Source: an uncultured bacterium
GTDB taxonomy: Bacteria; Electryoneota; RPQS01; CBDVBD01
DNA length: 52,113 nucleotides
NCBI GenBank assembly: GCA_965372135.1
Contig: CBDVBD010000003.1
Span: forward strand, 1 to 52,113
Direction of reading: 5' to 3'
Numbering within the stretch: position 1 is the first letter of the stretch; each line of letters starts with the position of its first letter. The translations under genes and the position numbers were made by a program. The notes under the pieces were generated by a model. That model searched no databases and was not told where the DNA came from. It saw only the letters and a list, made by a program, of their open reading frames with translations. Shown here piece by piece: positions 26,478-36,500 of the stretch.

Positions 26478-27410
26478 TTAATTCCGACGACGGTCTTTCA
26501 TCACATTCTTATCTTTCAGGGTTTTTATATGCCTTAACAGTTCATTACCCACTCGGAATACTTCCTCCGGGTGCTCGAATTGCCGGGTCTCGTTGGACAC
26601 AATGGCGGCAATTGGCACCATCAGATTGTGTTGTTGGGAATTGCCTTTACGATTTTTTACTTCCACATATCCCTGATTGCGGTCGCTTTCGTTATACGCT
26701 TCCGGCAGCAGTTGATTCAGGCGATCCACCAGTCTTTCCGCAAGGCCAACCGTCGAATTAACCGACGACAGGATACTGAATTTCTCACTTCCCAACGATG
26801 CGATATAATCATCAGCTTGGTCATTATCACTTACAACATCTCGGATAACATTGGAGACGCGAATCAGAACGTCATTGCCCTGGGTATAACCGTAATTGCT
26901 CACATACTCCCCAAATCCTTTGATGCTTAAGAACACGATCCCGAATTTTTTGTTTTGTGACAGCCGATCTCGTACTTCCGCAATCACAGCGGTAGCGCCG
27001 GGAAGCTTGGTAACCGGATCGCCGGTAAGTCCGCGACGGTATCGCGCCAATACCCACTGGATGCGTGCATCCAACTCACGCCCGTCAATACCCTTTAGTA
27101 AATAATCATCCGCCCCTACTTCCAAACCTCTAGTTTTGTCAACGGTTGCCTGACTGGTGGTCAAGAGGATAATGGGCACGAATCGGGTTTCGGACCGTGA
27201 TTTCAGGCGCTGGCACACGTCAAATCCGTCGATCCCTTCCATGGTCAAATCCAGCAACACTAGATCGGGAGGAGATTCCATCACTTTCTTGATCCCCTCT
27301 AGCCCATCTTTGGCAGTATCAACCCAATAGTCCATGGTCTCAAGTGTCAAGACCATTAATTCCCGGTGGGTTTCGCTGTCGTCGATTACTAATATATGTT
27401 CTCCAGCCAT
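26478..27410 (-). CDS. Response regulator receiver fused to a degenerate GGDEF domain
   Basis: REC (IDD, VLLD, GADDYLLK) then DPVTKLPG, YGYTQGN, and LGSEKF at the GGDEF position. Confidence 0.82.
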   Translation of the reverse strand: MAGEHILVIDDSETHRELMVLTLETMDYWVDTAKDGLEGIKKVMESPPDLVLLDLTMEGIDGFDVCQRLKSRSETRFVPIILLTTSQATVDKTRGLEVGADDYLLKGIDGRELDARIQWVLARYRRGLTGDPVTKLPGATAVIAEVRDRLSQNKKFGIVFLSIKGFGEYVSNYGYTQGNDVLIRVSNVIRDVVSDNDQADDYIASLGSEKFSILSSVNSTVGLAERLVDRLNQLLPEAYNESDRNQGYVEVKNRKGNSQQHNLMVPIAAIVSNETRQFEHPEEVFRVGNELLRHIKTLKDKNVMKDRRRN

Positions 27411-27488
27411 GTCATCTCCAAATGTAGAAACGGAGAGTCGATATGCCCCACGTGACTCCTACTATGCTAAATGCCAAGCTGCTTCGAG

Positions 27489-28646
27489 TTAAAATGTCTG
27501 CCGTAGTGCGTTTTGGAAATCTCGGATCGCCAGCAGTGCATCAGCACCGGACACATGATCCATCGGGGAAAATTCACCATCCATATTGGTTTTTAATATA
27601 CCCCGTTCCACACACAACATAGCAGCGTTATACGCCCAGTGGTCGCTCCGCATATCAGGGAAATGAGACGTTTCACCGATGTATCGGGTAAGAATGGCGT
27701 CGTCGCCGGTCTTTAATACGATGATGTGCTGCAGAAATCCGGCGAAGTCGGAACGCGTCACCAGTTCATCGGGACGGAAGGTGTGATCCGGAAATACTTC
27801 CATACCATCGATGTAGATAATCTCTTTCAGCCATGATGCCGCCCAGTGATCCTGAATATCGGTAGCTTCCGGCGCTTCAGCCAGTCCCGGTTCCTCCGGC
27901 TGGTAGGTTGTGGGATCTTCCGGAGCCTGGAATCCGGTGTCGTACTGTTTGGGGCGCTTCTTTTCCAGCAACTCCACCAATTTCAGCTCCTCCATAAACA
28001 GTACCGCCATATCGGCGCGATCGATCGCTTCAATCAGCGCAATCTCCCTGCCCTTGACGGAAATGGGTGATGCCATCACGATCTTCTTAACCAGTTCCCA
28101 CTGTTCGGTTGCCCGGACACTCCAATCGTCCTTAAATCCCACCACGGTTCCGAAGGCTCCTTCCGATTCCGGAAACATGTGGGCTTCCTTGTAGCCCACC
28201 CCAAGGTAGTAGTATGTTTCGGAAGAATTGGGTTCCAAATCGAGCGCTTTTTCGAACGCCTTCTTGGCGTCTTTCATCCAATTGCCATCTTTGGCACGAG
28301 CAATCACCCTGCCCTTGGCGATCCAGCAATCCACGCATTTGTCGTCTAAGCTCAATGCTCGCTTGTAGTTATCTTCAGCGCTTTTAAAATCGCCGCCCAT
28401 AGCATCCACCAATGCCAATCCGGCGTAGGCACGGGGAAAATCCGGGTCGATGCCTTTGGCGCGTTCGAAGGATGATCGCGCTGCAATCAAGTCGCCCCGA
28501 TCCAGCATATCCATTCCACGATCACAGTGAATCCTGGGATCGTCCAGTACCGATTCCGGCGGGATGGGTTTCTGACCGCACCCCATCATCATTGCCATTA
28601 ATATGGTCAACATGGCAATCATTGCCACAACAGACATTCTATTCAT
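27489..28646 (-). CDS. TPR lipoprotein with C-terminal SLH-like domains
   Basis: Lipobox-like MMMGC, TPRs, DIQDHWA...FRPDELVTR and FPDMRSDHWAY...FSP SLH-type repeats. Confidence 0.8.
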   Translation of the reverse strand: MNRMSVVAMIAMLTILMAMMMGCGQKPIPPESVLDDPRIHCDRGMDMLDRGDLIAARSSFERAKGIDPDFPRAYAGLALVDAMGGDFKSAEDNYKRALSLDDKCVDCWIAKGRVIARAKDGNWMKDAKKAFEKALDLEPNSSETYYYLGVGYKEAHMFPESEGAFGTVVGFKDDWSVRATEQWELVKKIVMASPISVKGREIALIEAIDRADMAVLFMEELKLVELLEKKRPKQYDTGFQAPEDPTTYQPEEPGLAEAPEATDIQDHWAASWLKEIIYIDGMEVFPDHTFRPDELVTRSDFAGFLQHIIVLKTGDDAILTRYIGETSHFPDMRSDHWAYNAAMLCVERGILKTNMDGEFSPMDHVSGADALLAIRDFQNALRQTF

Positions 28647-28718
28647 GATACCTCCCTTTATTGGGAATTATTGAGTCCTCTGACGCAGGTTGTTTGATTT
28701 ACCGAAATTCGCCGATGA

Positions 28719-29546
28719 TCAATCCACCACTAACATCACACGGCACTTTTTCAGGAAGTTCAGGTTTTCCTCCATACTGTGCAATGTGTTGGCGTCGTTG
28801 TTGGCGATCACTATGTCGGTTTTGTTGGGACCTTCGGAACGTAATGCTTTGATTACTAAAGGATTATCAGTAACACGTTCGTTCTCCTGGACTTGATCCA
28901 GGTCACGCCCGTATCCAACCATCCCCTGCTGAATTGCCCATTCGCGGGATACATAGCGGCTGCCGTACACTTCATCGGCATCCTCGTTCAAGATTTTCGG
29001 TGCCATGGCGGGACGAATTCCCAACCCCCGGGCATCCACAATCAGCCCGGTATAGACCTGATTTGCCGGGGCGGGCTGCGGCTCTACAATGGGTGTTCCA
29101 GCGCCCATGTTGGGGAATTTTTCGGGCATAACCACTGCCACCACATCACCCAACGCCATCGCCATGGTGACTTCAATACTGCCATCGGACTTGTAATCAG
29201 GTTCGCCCACCTGCCAGAAGTTCCGCACCACGCCTTCCACTCGGGTTCTGATGACATCGCTTTCCAGCGTGAAATCGCGGATGGTGGTTTCGGAATCCAA
29301 GTACATGCCGTTGACAGTGGCAAGCATCTGGCGCAGGGCATCGCTTTTTGCTACCAGTATTTGCCCGGCACGACGGCCCTTGCCGCCCGGTTCACCAATT
29401 CCGGTAGCGGTTATTATTTGAGTCGTCCAGTTAATGTTACCCTGCACTCCAACCTGTTGCACCACATCTTGTGCCAACACAGGCATGGTGAACCAGAGTA
29501 ACATCAGCATGCTCAATGTTGTAATGATGATATTCCGGAATTTCAT
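28719..29546 (-). CDS. LPP20-like exported protein
   Basis: Signal peptide, GNINWT...ATGIG, A..DA.R.....V.G...DSET, YTGLIVDARGL...PAMAPKI; GGAGG RBS. Confidence 0.65.
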   Translation of the reverse strand: MKFRNIIITTLSMLMLLWFTMPVLAQDVVQQVGVQGNINWTTQIITATGIGEPGGKGRRAGQILVAKSDALRQMLATVNGMYLDSETTIRDFTLESDVIRTRVEGVVRNFWQVGEPDYKSDGSIEVTMAMALGDVVAVVMPEKFPNMGAGTPIVEPQPAPANQVYTGLIVDARGLGIRPAMAPKILNEDADEVYGSRYVSREWAIQQGMVGYGRDLDQVQENERVTDNPLVIKALRSEGPNKTDIVIANNDANTLHSMEENLNFLKKCRVMLVVD

Positions 29547-29645
29547 GAAACATCCTCCCTTTGAATTGTCTCTCCTACAATCGTTCGGTCTTTTTGTTGA
29601 TATTTATCGTAATTAGCTGTAAAACTTGTTTTATTCGGGTTAGTT

Positions 29646-30461
29646 TTATCGGCCACGCAGCCTGTTCCGTTCCAGGTTCCACTTGACCCAGTCCGATTTT
29701 TCATCGAGATCATTCATAGAAAAGTCACCGGATGACAACACCTGACCCCGGGAATCGATCCGAATCTGCTGCAGGTTCTTCACGATATACACCCATTGTT
29801 CCAGTGACACCGACTTGGGTCCTGCCACGCTGGCAGGACCGGCTACGGAGGAAGGACCTTGGATGCTGCCGGGAACGGCACCTTGGGTCGGCTCAATGGT
29901 CGGTAGATTCAGCGGAGTGATGTCTTGACGTTCCGGGGCATTGGTGATTACCACTTCACCGGTATATACCTTCAACTGGGTAGTGGAATCCCCGCCAACG
30001 CTGATCCGGAGGCTGGTGCCGGTGATGGCGGAACCCGCCACCGGGGAATTGACCTGGAAGGATGCGTCCGCCGACACTTCATCCACCAACGCCCACAGAT
30101 CCCCTTCCTCCACATTGATCATGGTCTCGTCACGGTGTTCCACGGTTTCTTCATACAGCTTCACAATGTCGATGGTTGTGTTAGGTGCCAAGCGGATAAC
30201 ATCCAGCTCCCGAAGCTCCATCTCGGCACGGGACTCATCGAAAGTCCTGACCTTTTCCCCGGAATACACTTCGGTCTGCTCCTGGGCTCGCAGCCATTCC
30301 GGGCTGTCCGGTGGTTTCTTCTTTACGCTGCCTTTAACGTAGGTTACTACGCCGTGTTCGTCAGTTAAACTTGTATCCTGGGCAACACCGTCAAATACTG
30401 GACACATCAAGACGATCAGTATCAAACAAGCACTTGCCAGGAAAACTATCCCGGATTTCAT
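29646..30461 (-). CDS. FecR-domain exported protein
   Basis: Signal peptide, V.G.V...W......V..G..VRT...SRAE, SPVAGSAITGT...VYTGEV FecR-like pattern. Confidence 0.78.
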   Translation of the reverse strand: MKSGIVFLASACLILIVLMCPVFDGVAQDTSLTDEHGVVTYVKGSVKKKPPDSPEWLRAQEQTEVYSGEKVRTFDESRAEMELRELDVIRLAPNTTIDIVKLYEETVEHRDETMINVEEGDLWALVDEVSADASFQVNSPVAGSAITGTSLRISVGGDSTTQLKVYTGEVVITNAPERQDITPLNLPTIEPTQGAVPGSIQGPSSVAGPASVAGPKSVSLEQWVYIVKNLQQIRIDSRGQVLSSGDFSMNDLDEKSDWVKWNLERNRLRGR

Positions 30462-30494
30462 TATACCTCCCGTTACACTTTTCCCAATTTAGTA

Positions 30495-30523
30495 AAATTA
30501 ACATTACTTTTCCAAAAAGTCAA
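30495..30523 (-). promoter_or_regulatory. Putative sigma70 promoter for the FecR/LPP20/TPR-SLH unit
   Basis: TTGACT-17 nt-TAATTT with TG extension; GGAGG RBS downstream. Confidence 0.55.
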
Positions 30524-30561
30524 GTACAGAGTGCTTAAAATACGAAAGAAATCTCCAACTT

Positions 30562-33500
30562 TTAATATAGCATAATATATCCCGCCCAATACGCTGGATG
30601 CGCATTCACCTTGTCCCGAACCGCCAACTGGGCTCGTCTCAAGGTTATTATCTCCTTCAATGTACCAGATACCGATCCGTTCCCAGGTTTGTGCTCCCGC
30701 AAGTACCGGTAGAACAACTTGGCGGTCACAGCCGCTGCCAAATCATCCACTTTCCACAACGGTGCAATCACTTTCGAACACCCGGCAACTTGGAAGGCTT
30801 TTGGAAGAATAGGAACTGTGGGACGATTACCCTTGTCATTTTCCGGGCAGAGGTTCAGGAATACCAGCGGGCAATCCAGTGCGGTGCCTGCGATTTCCCG
30901 AGCTTGCCACACTCCGTCGTGATCAGCATCACCCTGCATAACAATCCCGGATGCCAATATATCATCGGGATCACTCCACCCATGGCAGGCGAAATGCAGC
31001 ACTAAGTCGTTAGTGGTTGTAGTATCGAATATCCCTTCCCTGGATTGACCGTTGACAAACGCAGTGGCAATGGGTTCCTCCAAAGTAATACGTTGCACCT
31101 CCCGCTGGGCAAAGATTAAATCGTCATCCACGCGATCAGAATGGGGATATGCCATCGCCCATAGATTCTGGAAAGGCCGCTCCTGGGCAGCTAAACGACT
31201 CAGATGATTTAACGTGGACAGAGTCAATATGGGAAAGCGGTCGATCAACATCCGGCTGTCGTTATCCATCAACGCATTGAACGGCACCGACCACAAGGGA
31301 CCATCGGGCAGCACGATAACCTGTCGAGAATCCGTTAACCAAGGTTCCGCAGGCTCAATCAGTATCCGGTACAGCTCATGGGACACTTCATCCACCGAGA
31401 GCAGTTTCACTACCGCAGTATTAAGCTCATCCGCCAACTGTTGCAGGGTCAACTGGTTGCCGGTAATGCCATGTACTACAAGTGCACTGGAGGTGGCGAT
31501 AAAAAGGTTAGCAGTATCGGGCGTTACGTGGTAGGATAATAGTACCGATCCTTCCGGAATAACCTGCTGTAATTCGCGCCAATCGGGAGATTGGAACCCG
31601 TGTTCCGAGTCGATATATCCTTCCAATTGGAACGGTTGATGTTGCAGCCACCGCCGTTTCCGATCGGAAGTCAAGATAGCGGACTCATAATCATCATCGG
31701 CAATTGCAGTTCCCATAGCCAAATCGAACGGGTCAACCGGCTGTCCTGGGATGCCGGTGGGGTGAATATCGGCGCTGGCGACAGGATCATCTTCCAGGAC
31801 AACCATAGCCCGACGGAAGGCTTCCATGGCTTGCTGCCGCCGATTGGTCTCCCGGTATATCTGCCCCCGAAGCTGCCAAATCCGCCACAGATATGCCCCC
31901 AATGGACGATCCCGTACCGCTTCCTGTGCTCGATCCAACATCTCCAATGCATCTTGGTTGTTACCGGTCTCGTACTGCACCAATGCCGACCCAAGGTATG
32001 CTTTAACTACCGGACGTCTGTCACTCAATGGTGATCCCACAGACACTGCCAGGGATAAAGTACTCAGTGCGCTGTCCAACAGCCCGGTCGCACGAAACGC
32101 CAAGCCCAGATTCGCCAAATCGTGCGCCAGCCCGGTGGTACGCTTCAGATGACCATCTAACTGCTGCGCTTCTTTGAATCTAAGTACGGCGCGATCCGGC
32201 TTTCCTGATTGTAATTCGATCAAGCCTAAGTTGCGGGTGATAGTTGCCATGTTGGCGCTGTCCCCCTGGTCGGTAGCAAGTGCCAGAGCGGTACCGGCAA
32301 GTTCCACCGCCTGGTCGCGATGTCCCAGGCTCAAGGCGATCAGACTACGGGTATTTTGATTCAACAACCGATAGGAATTATCCCCAACTCGCTGAAACAG
32401 GCTGTCTGCCCGGAGCGCCCAGCGTCCGGCTTCCGGCAGCCTGCCGGACTCCCAATATAAATCCGCCATCCGCTGCATCAAATACCCCAACTGTACCGTG
32501 TCGGTTCCAGCGATTTCCAGCGCTTGCCGGGTGTAGGATAACGCCTCCTGATATCGACCGATTACTGATAATATCCGGCTTTTTATTTCATAGATCGACA
32601 GCGCGAGGGGGATTAGTGTCTCCGATAATCCCACTTTCTCCAATAGAGTTTCGGCATCATCCAGTGTAATTAGCGCAGATTCGACTTCGTCAAATTCGTA
32701 CTGGATCTTAGCCTGCTGCGCTAAACACTTAAGCTCCATATCTTCGTTGTCTGCTTCTTTGGAAACACGGAGGGCTTTGGTAACCGCTTGCAATGCCATC
32801 TCAGATTCACGGGATGACCGGTATAGGTCGCTCTGACTCAAATAGGCGTTGACTTGTGACGGTAGATCGGCATCAGCCTGTGCCGATTCCAGTACATGAT
32901 CCCAGGAGATCAGAGCGTTGGTGACATCGCTGGCTTGGGTATAAAAAACCGCCAGGTTCTGCCATCCGAGCCGCACACCGTCATGATCGCCAGCCTGCTG
33001 GGCGGATTCCAGCAACCTACGCTGGATTTCAACCGCATCCTGCCATCGACCACTTTCATTGGCAGCCCGCAACAGCAGCTTGTCAATATTGGATAACACT
33101 GCCTCCTGACCAAGTGTGACCGCCATCCGTCGAGCGCGTAGATAGTATCGCGATGCCCATTTGGGGTTACCCTCCTGCAGTTTCAGGTTACCTTTTAGGA
33201 TGGTGCGCCGAAAGTTGTCCTGGGCATAGGCTGTCGCCTGAGCGGGCTTCATACCCCGTGCTCCCAGCAGTATCCAGTCCTTGCATCGAGCATCAGTTCC
33301 GCTGTTGGATAACGACGCAATTGCATCCACCGCATTCATATCCATTAGCAATCTACTGAAGTCGATGACCGTTCTTAAATCAATATCAGTCTTGGGAATG
33401 ATCACTACCGTCGGCACACCAGCGAACATAAAGCTGCGCAGCAGGGCATTAACTACTAACCCCTGCCGCTGATTCTCTACATCCTGAATATTCCATTTTA

Positions 33501-36500
33501 TCATAGCAACGGCTGCGGTTAAGTCTTGGGAAAACAACTGTGAAAAGTACAGTGGGTTCGAACCAAGGTCGAAATACGACGATAAGGGTTGATCATTACG
33601 AGCAATGATCGGCAGGTCAATATAGATCAAATTGGCATCGGACAGGGCTTCCAACGCACTGTCGCCATCTATGGATTCGGTTGCCACCACATTCCAGACG
33701 GGCGATAAGCTACCCAATGCAGATTCGTCCCACTGTTGAGATAGGATAACACCCTGTTTTCCCGGAATTTCGTGTTTAATTTTCTGAATTAAATATGACC
33801 GGAAATCCGCCACTCTGGTGACATCACCGTCGGAAATAGGAACACCAACGGTTTTCAGTTGGGCATTGGTGTAATGTAGGTAGGCTGGATCCAAGACCCA
33901 GGTCCAAATTTGGGAATTTAATAAGTCGAATATCGTACTATGATTTGAGGGTGTTACTTGAATCACGGAATCAGGCAGTATGACCCAGGAAAGGACTTGA
34001 TCGCGATGGTAAATAGTTCGAAGTACCGCCTCATGCGGGTCCAGTGCAGTCTGAACATCGGCTACCGTCGCAAGACGCATGCTGAACAGGCTGCCGAATT
34101 CAGGATCTTCATCCCAAACCTTGTCCAATAATTCCTGGTATTCCTGCGAAAGGGATTGGTGTTCAGATTCCCAGGAGTTAATCAAATCTTCATCGGGATC
34201 CTCCTGGGCTTGCTCGGAACGAATCGCAGACGAAATTCGCTGTAATTCCCGCTGCAGATACGGCGCATTTCCCCCACCCTCACCCCAGATGAATTTCTGG
34301 GTCTCATGCTTAACTGCGAAAGGCTTGGCACCCGCCGCCCATAACCACTCGAGCGCTTGAAGACGTTCCGCCAATTCCATCAATTCCGTACCGTCATTAT
34401 TATCCAACGCCTGATCCATCGACACGCGGTAGCACCTCCTGGCAGATTGGCGGTGAGCAATTTCCTCCTCGTACGTTTCGGCATACACCGGCTGGTTTTC
34501 CAAGGTTGTCAGGGCATTTTCGAGTAACTGCCGCGGGTTTGAGGTGGTCGATAGGGTATCATCATCACGGGCGGAAGTCAACTCAGCGTCCCCGATGAAT
34601 AGCAGCTCGCCCAAGGCAAATTCAGTACGCCAGACTGCTTCCGTTACTTCATTGTTAACAGAAAGTTGGTGAGCGGTGAATGCATGCCTTAGGGCTTTTT
34701 CCGGTTCACCAAATTCGGAGTAAAATTTACTCAGGTTGTGGTGAACGGCGACCACAATCACGGGATCATCCGTAGTTTTAGCTAAGGACAAAGCGTCAAG
34801 GAATAATGATTCGATTCTTGCTGTATTCTCCCACCGGGTAACAGCGTCATGATAATTAGTGGGCTTTTCCGACGAGTAGTTCTGGAACAACAGGCAACTA
34901 CTAAGATTCTTGAGTACCGCCTGATCCCGGGATGTTTTCGCGCCCTTTTCCTTCAGAAGATCCTGGACGTCAACGGCATGGTGCTCCCAATCCTTTACAC
35001 GTTTGGCGTAGCTGTGCTGATGCTGCTGATCCTGCGAGGATACCGTATTCCATGACAAGAGCAGTGTTCCCCGAGCGATCAATCCCCGCATTGCTCCGTA
35101 GGAGGCACCCACCAAAGTGGGGTGAGTTAAATAAATTTCGGTGGTTTTTCGGAATAGGCTGTCCGCCACTTGATAGTTCCCCATCCGGAATTCCACCACG
35201 CCCAAACGATAATTCAACCGCGCCTGCTTGTCAATATCTTCAGTAAATTCCGCTATACTCAACCGCTGGGAAATTATTCGACGCACGGTGGGGAAATCTT
35301 TGATACCGGTGGCGGCAGTTTCCCGGATGCTCTGGCTCAACTCCCATTCGTCCTGGATATTGAATCCTTCCGCTTTAGATGTGCCCGTGCCCAGACGCCC
35401 GAAATTCATCACCGGTATTGACAGTCCCAAAATTTTGAATCTCAAATAATTCTTTATCTTAGTCCTGGAATATACCTCCGTCGAATCCAGCTCGGACAAC
35501 GCTATTTTAGCGAACCTCTCTGCAGTTTTCCAATCCTTCAACCGCAAGTTATGAACCGCCGCATTGCGATGCCATAAGGCACGGCTGTCCGCTTTGCCCA
35601 CCCGGTCCACCCGGTCGGAAATATCGGAATACACTTCTGCAGCCAGATCGTGCTCTTGGGAAAAGGAATACAACTCCGCTAACCTGAGCATCACGCGCCA
35701 TTCGCTTCCGGCATCACCAATCTTAACATACAAGTCCCGAGCTTGAGTAAGCTGTGCGGATGCTTCTGTATATTTGCCGGAAAACAGCAAGCAGTGCCCT
35801 AATCGTTCCCGGATCAACGCTTCGTGCTTAACGGAATGGAACGGCTCCCGGTATTGCATGCCTTGCAGGTATGAGTTAGCGGCACTTTCGTACCCGAATT
35901 CCCCCAACTGGTAATAAGCATTACCTAAATTAATCAACAGCCGTGCTTCGGTGCGCGGATCATCGTCTTCGTGGTTGATAGCAATCCCGGACCTTATGAT
36001 ATTAACCGACCGCTCCAGCCAATCCACTTCAGGAGCGCGTCGTCGAAACGTAACCCACCGGGATAAGGTGGTCACAGCATCATCGACCGTTTCGAAAAAC
36101 GACCGGCGACGGGATTTGCCGCCCAAATAGTCTAACGCTAAATAATTATATCCCAGCGTCAAATACGCCGGTGACATCGACGATTTCCGGGCTATTGCGC
36201 CTTCCAACCACCGGTTGGATTCCAACGTCCCGTGATAAGACCCCTGATTCTTATAGGACATCAGCAAGCCCATGCAATACCACAGCAAGGGATTTTCCGG
36301 ATCAGATTCCAATGCGGCAGACAGTTCCCGTTCCATTTCCGGAAGCCGGTCCATCCATCGGGACACCCGAATCAATCCCTGCCAAGCTGGGATCGAGGTC
36401 GAATCCAACGAGATCGCACGGCTGAATTCCGCCATGGATCGCAGCAGGTCATTTTCGTGCTCCAATCGTTCCCCGCGGGCGATTAGCGTCTGTAATAGCT

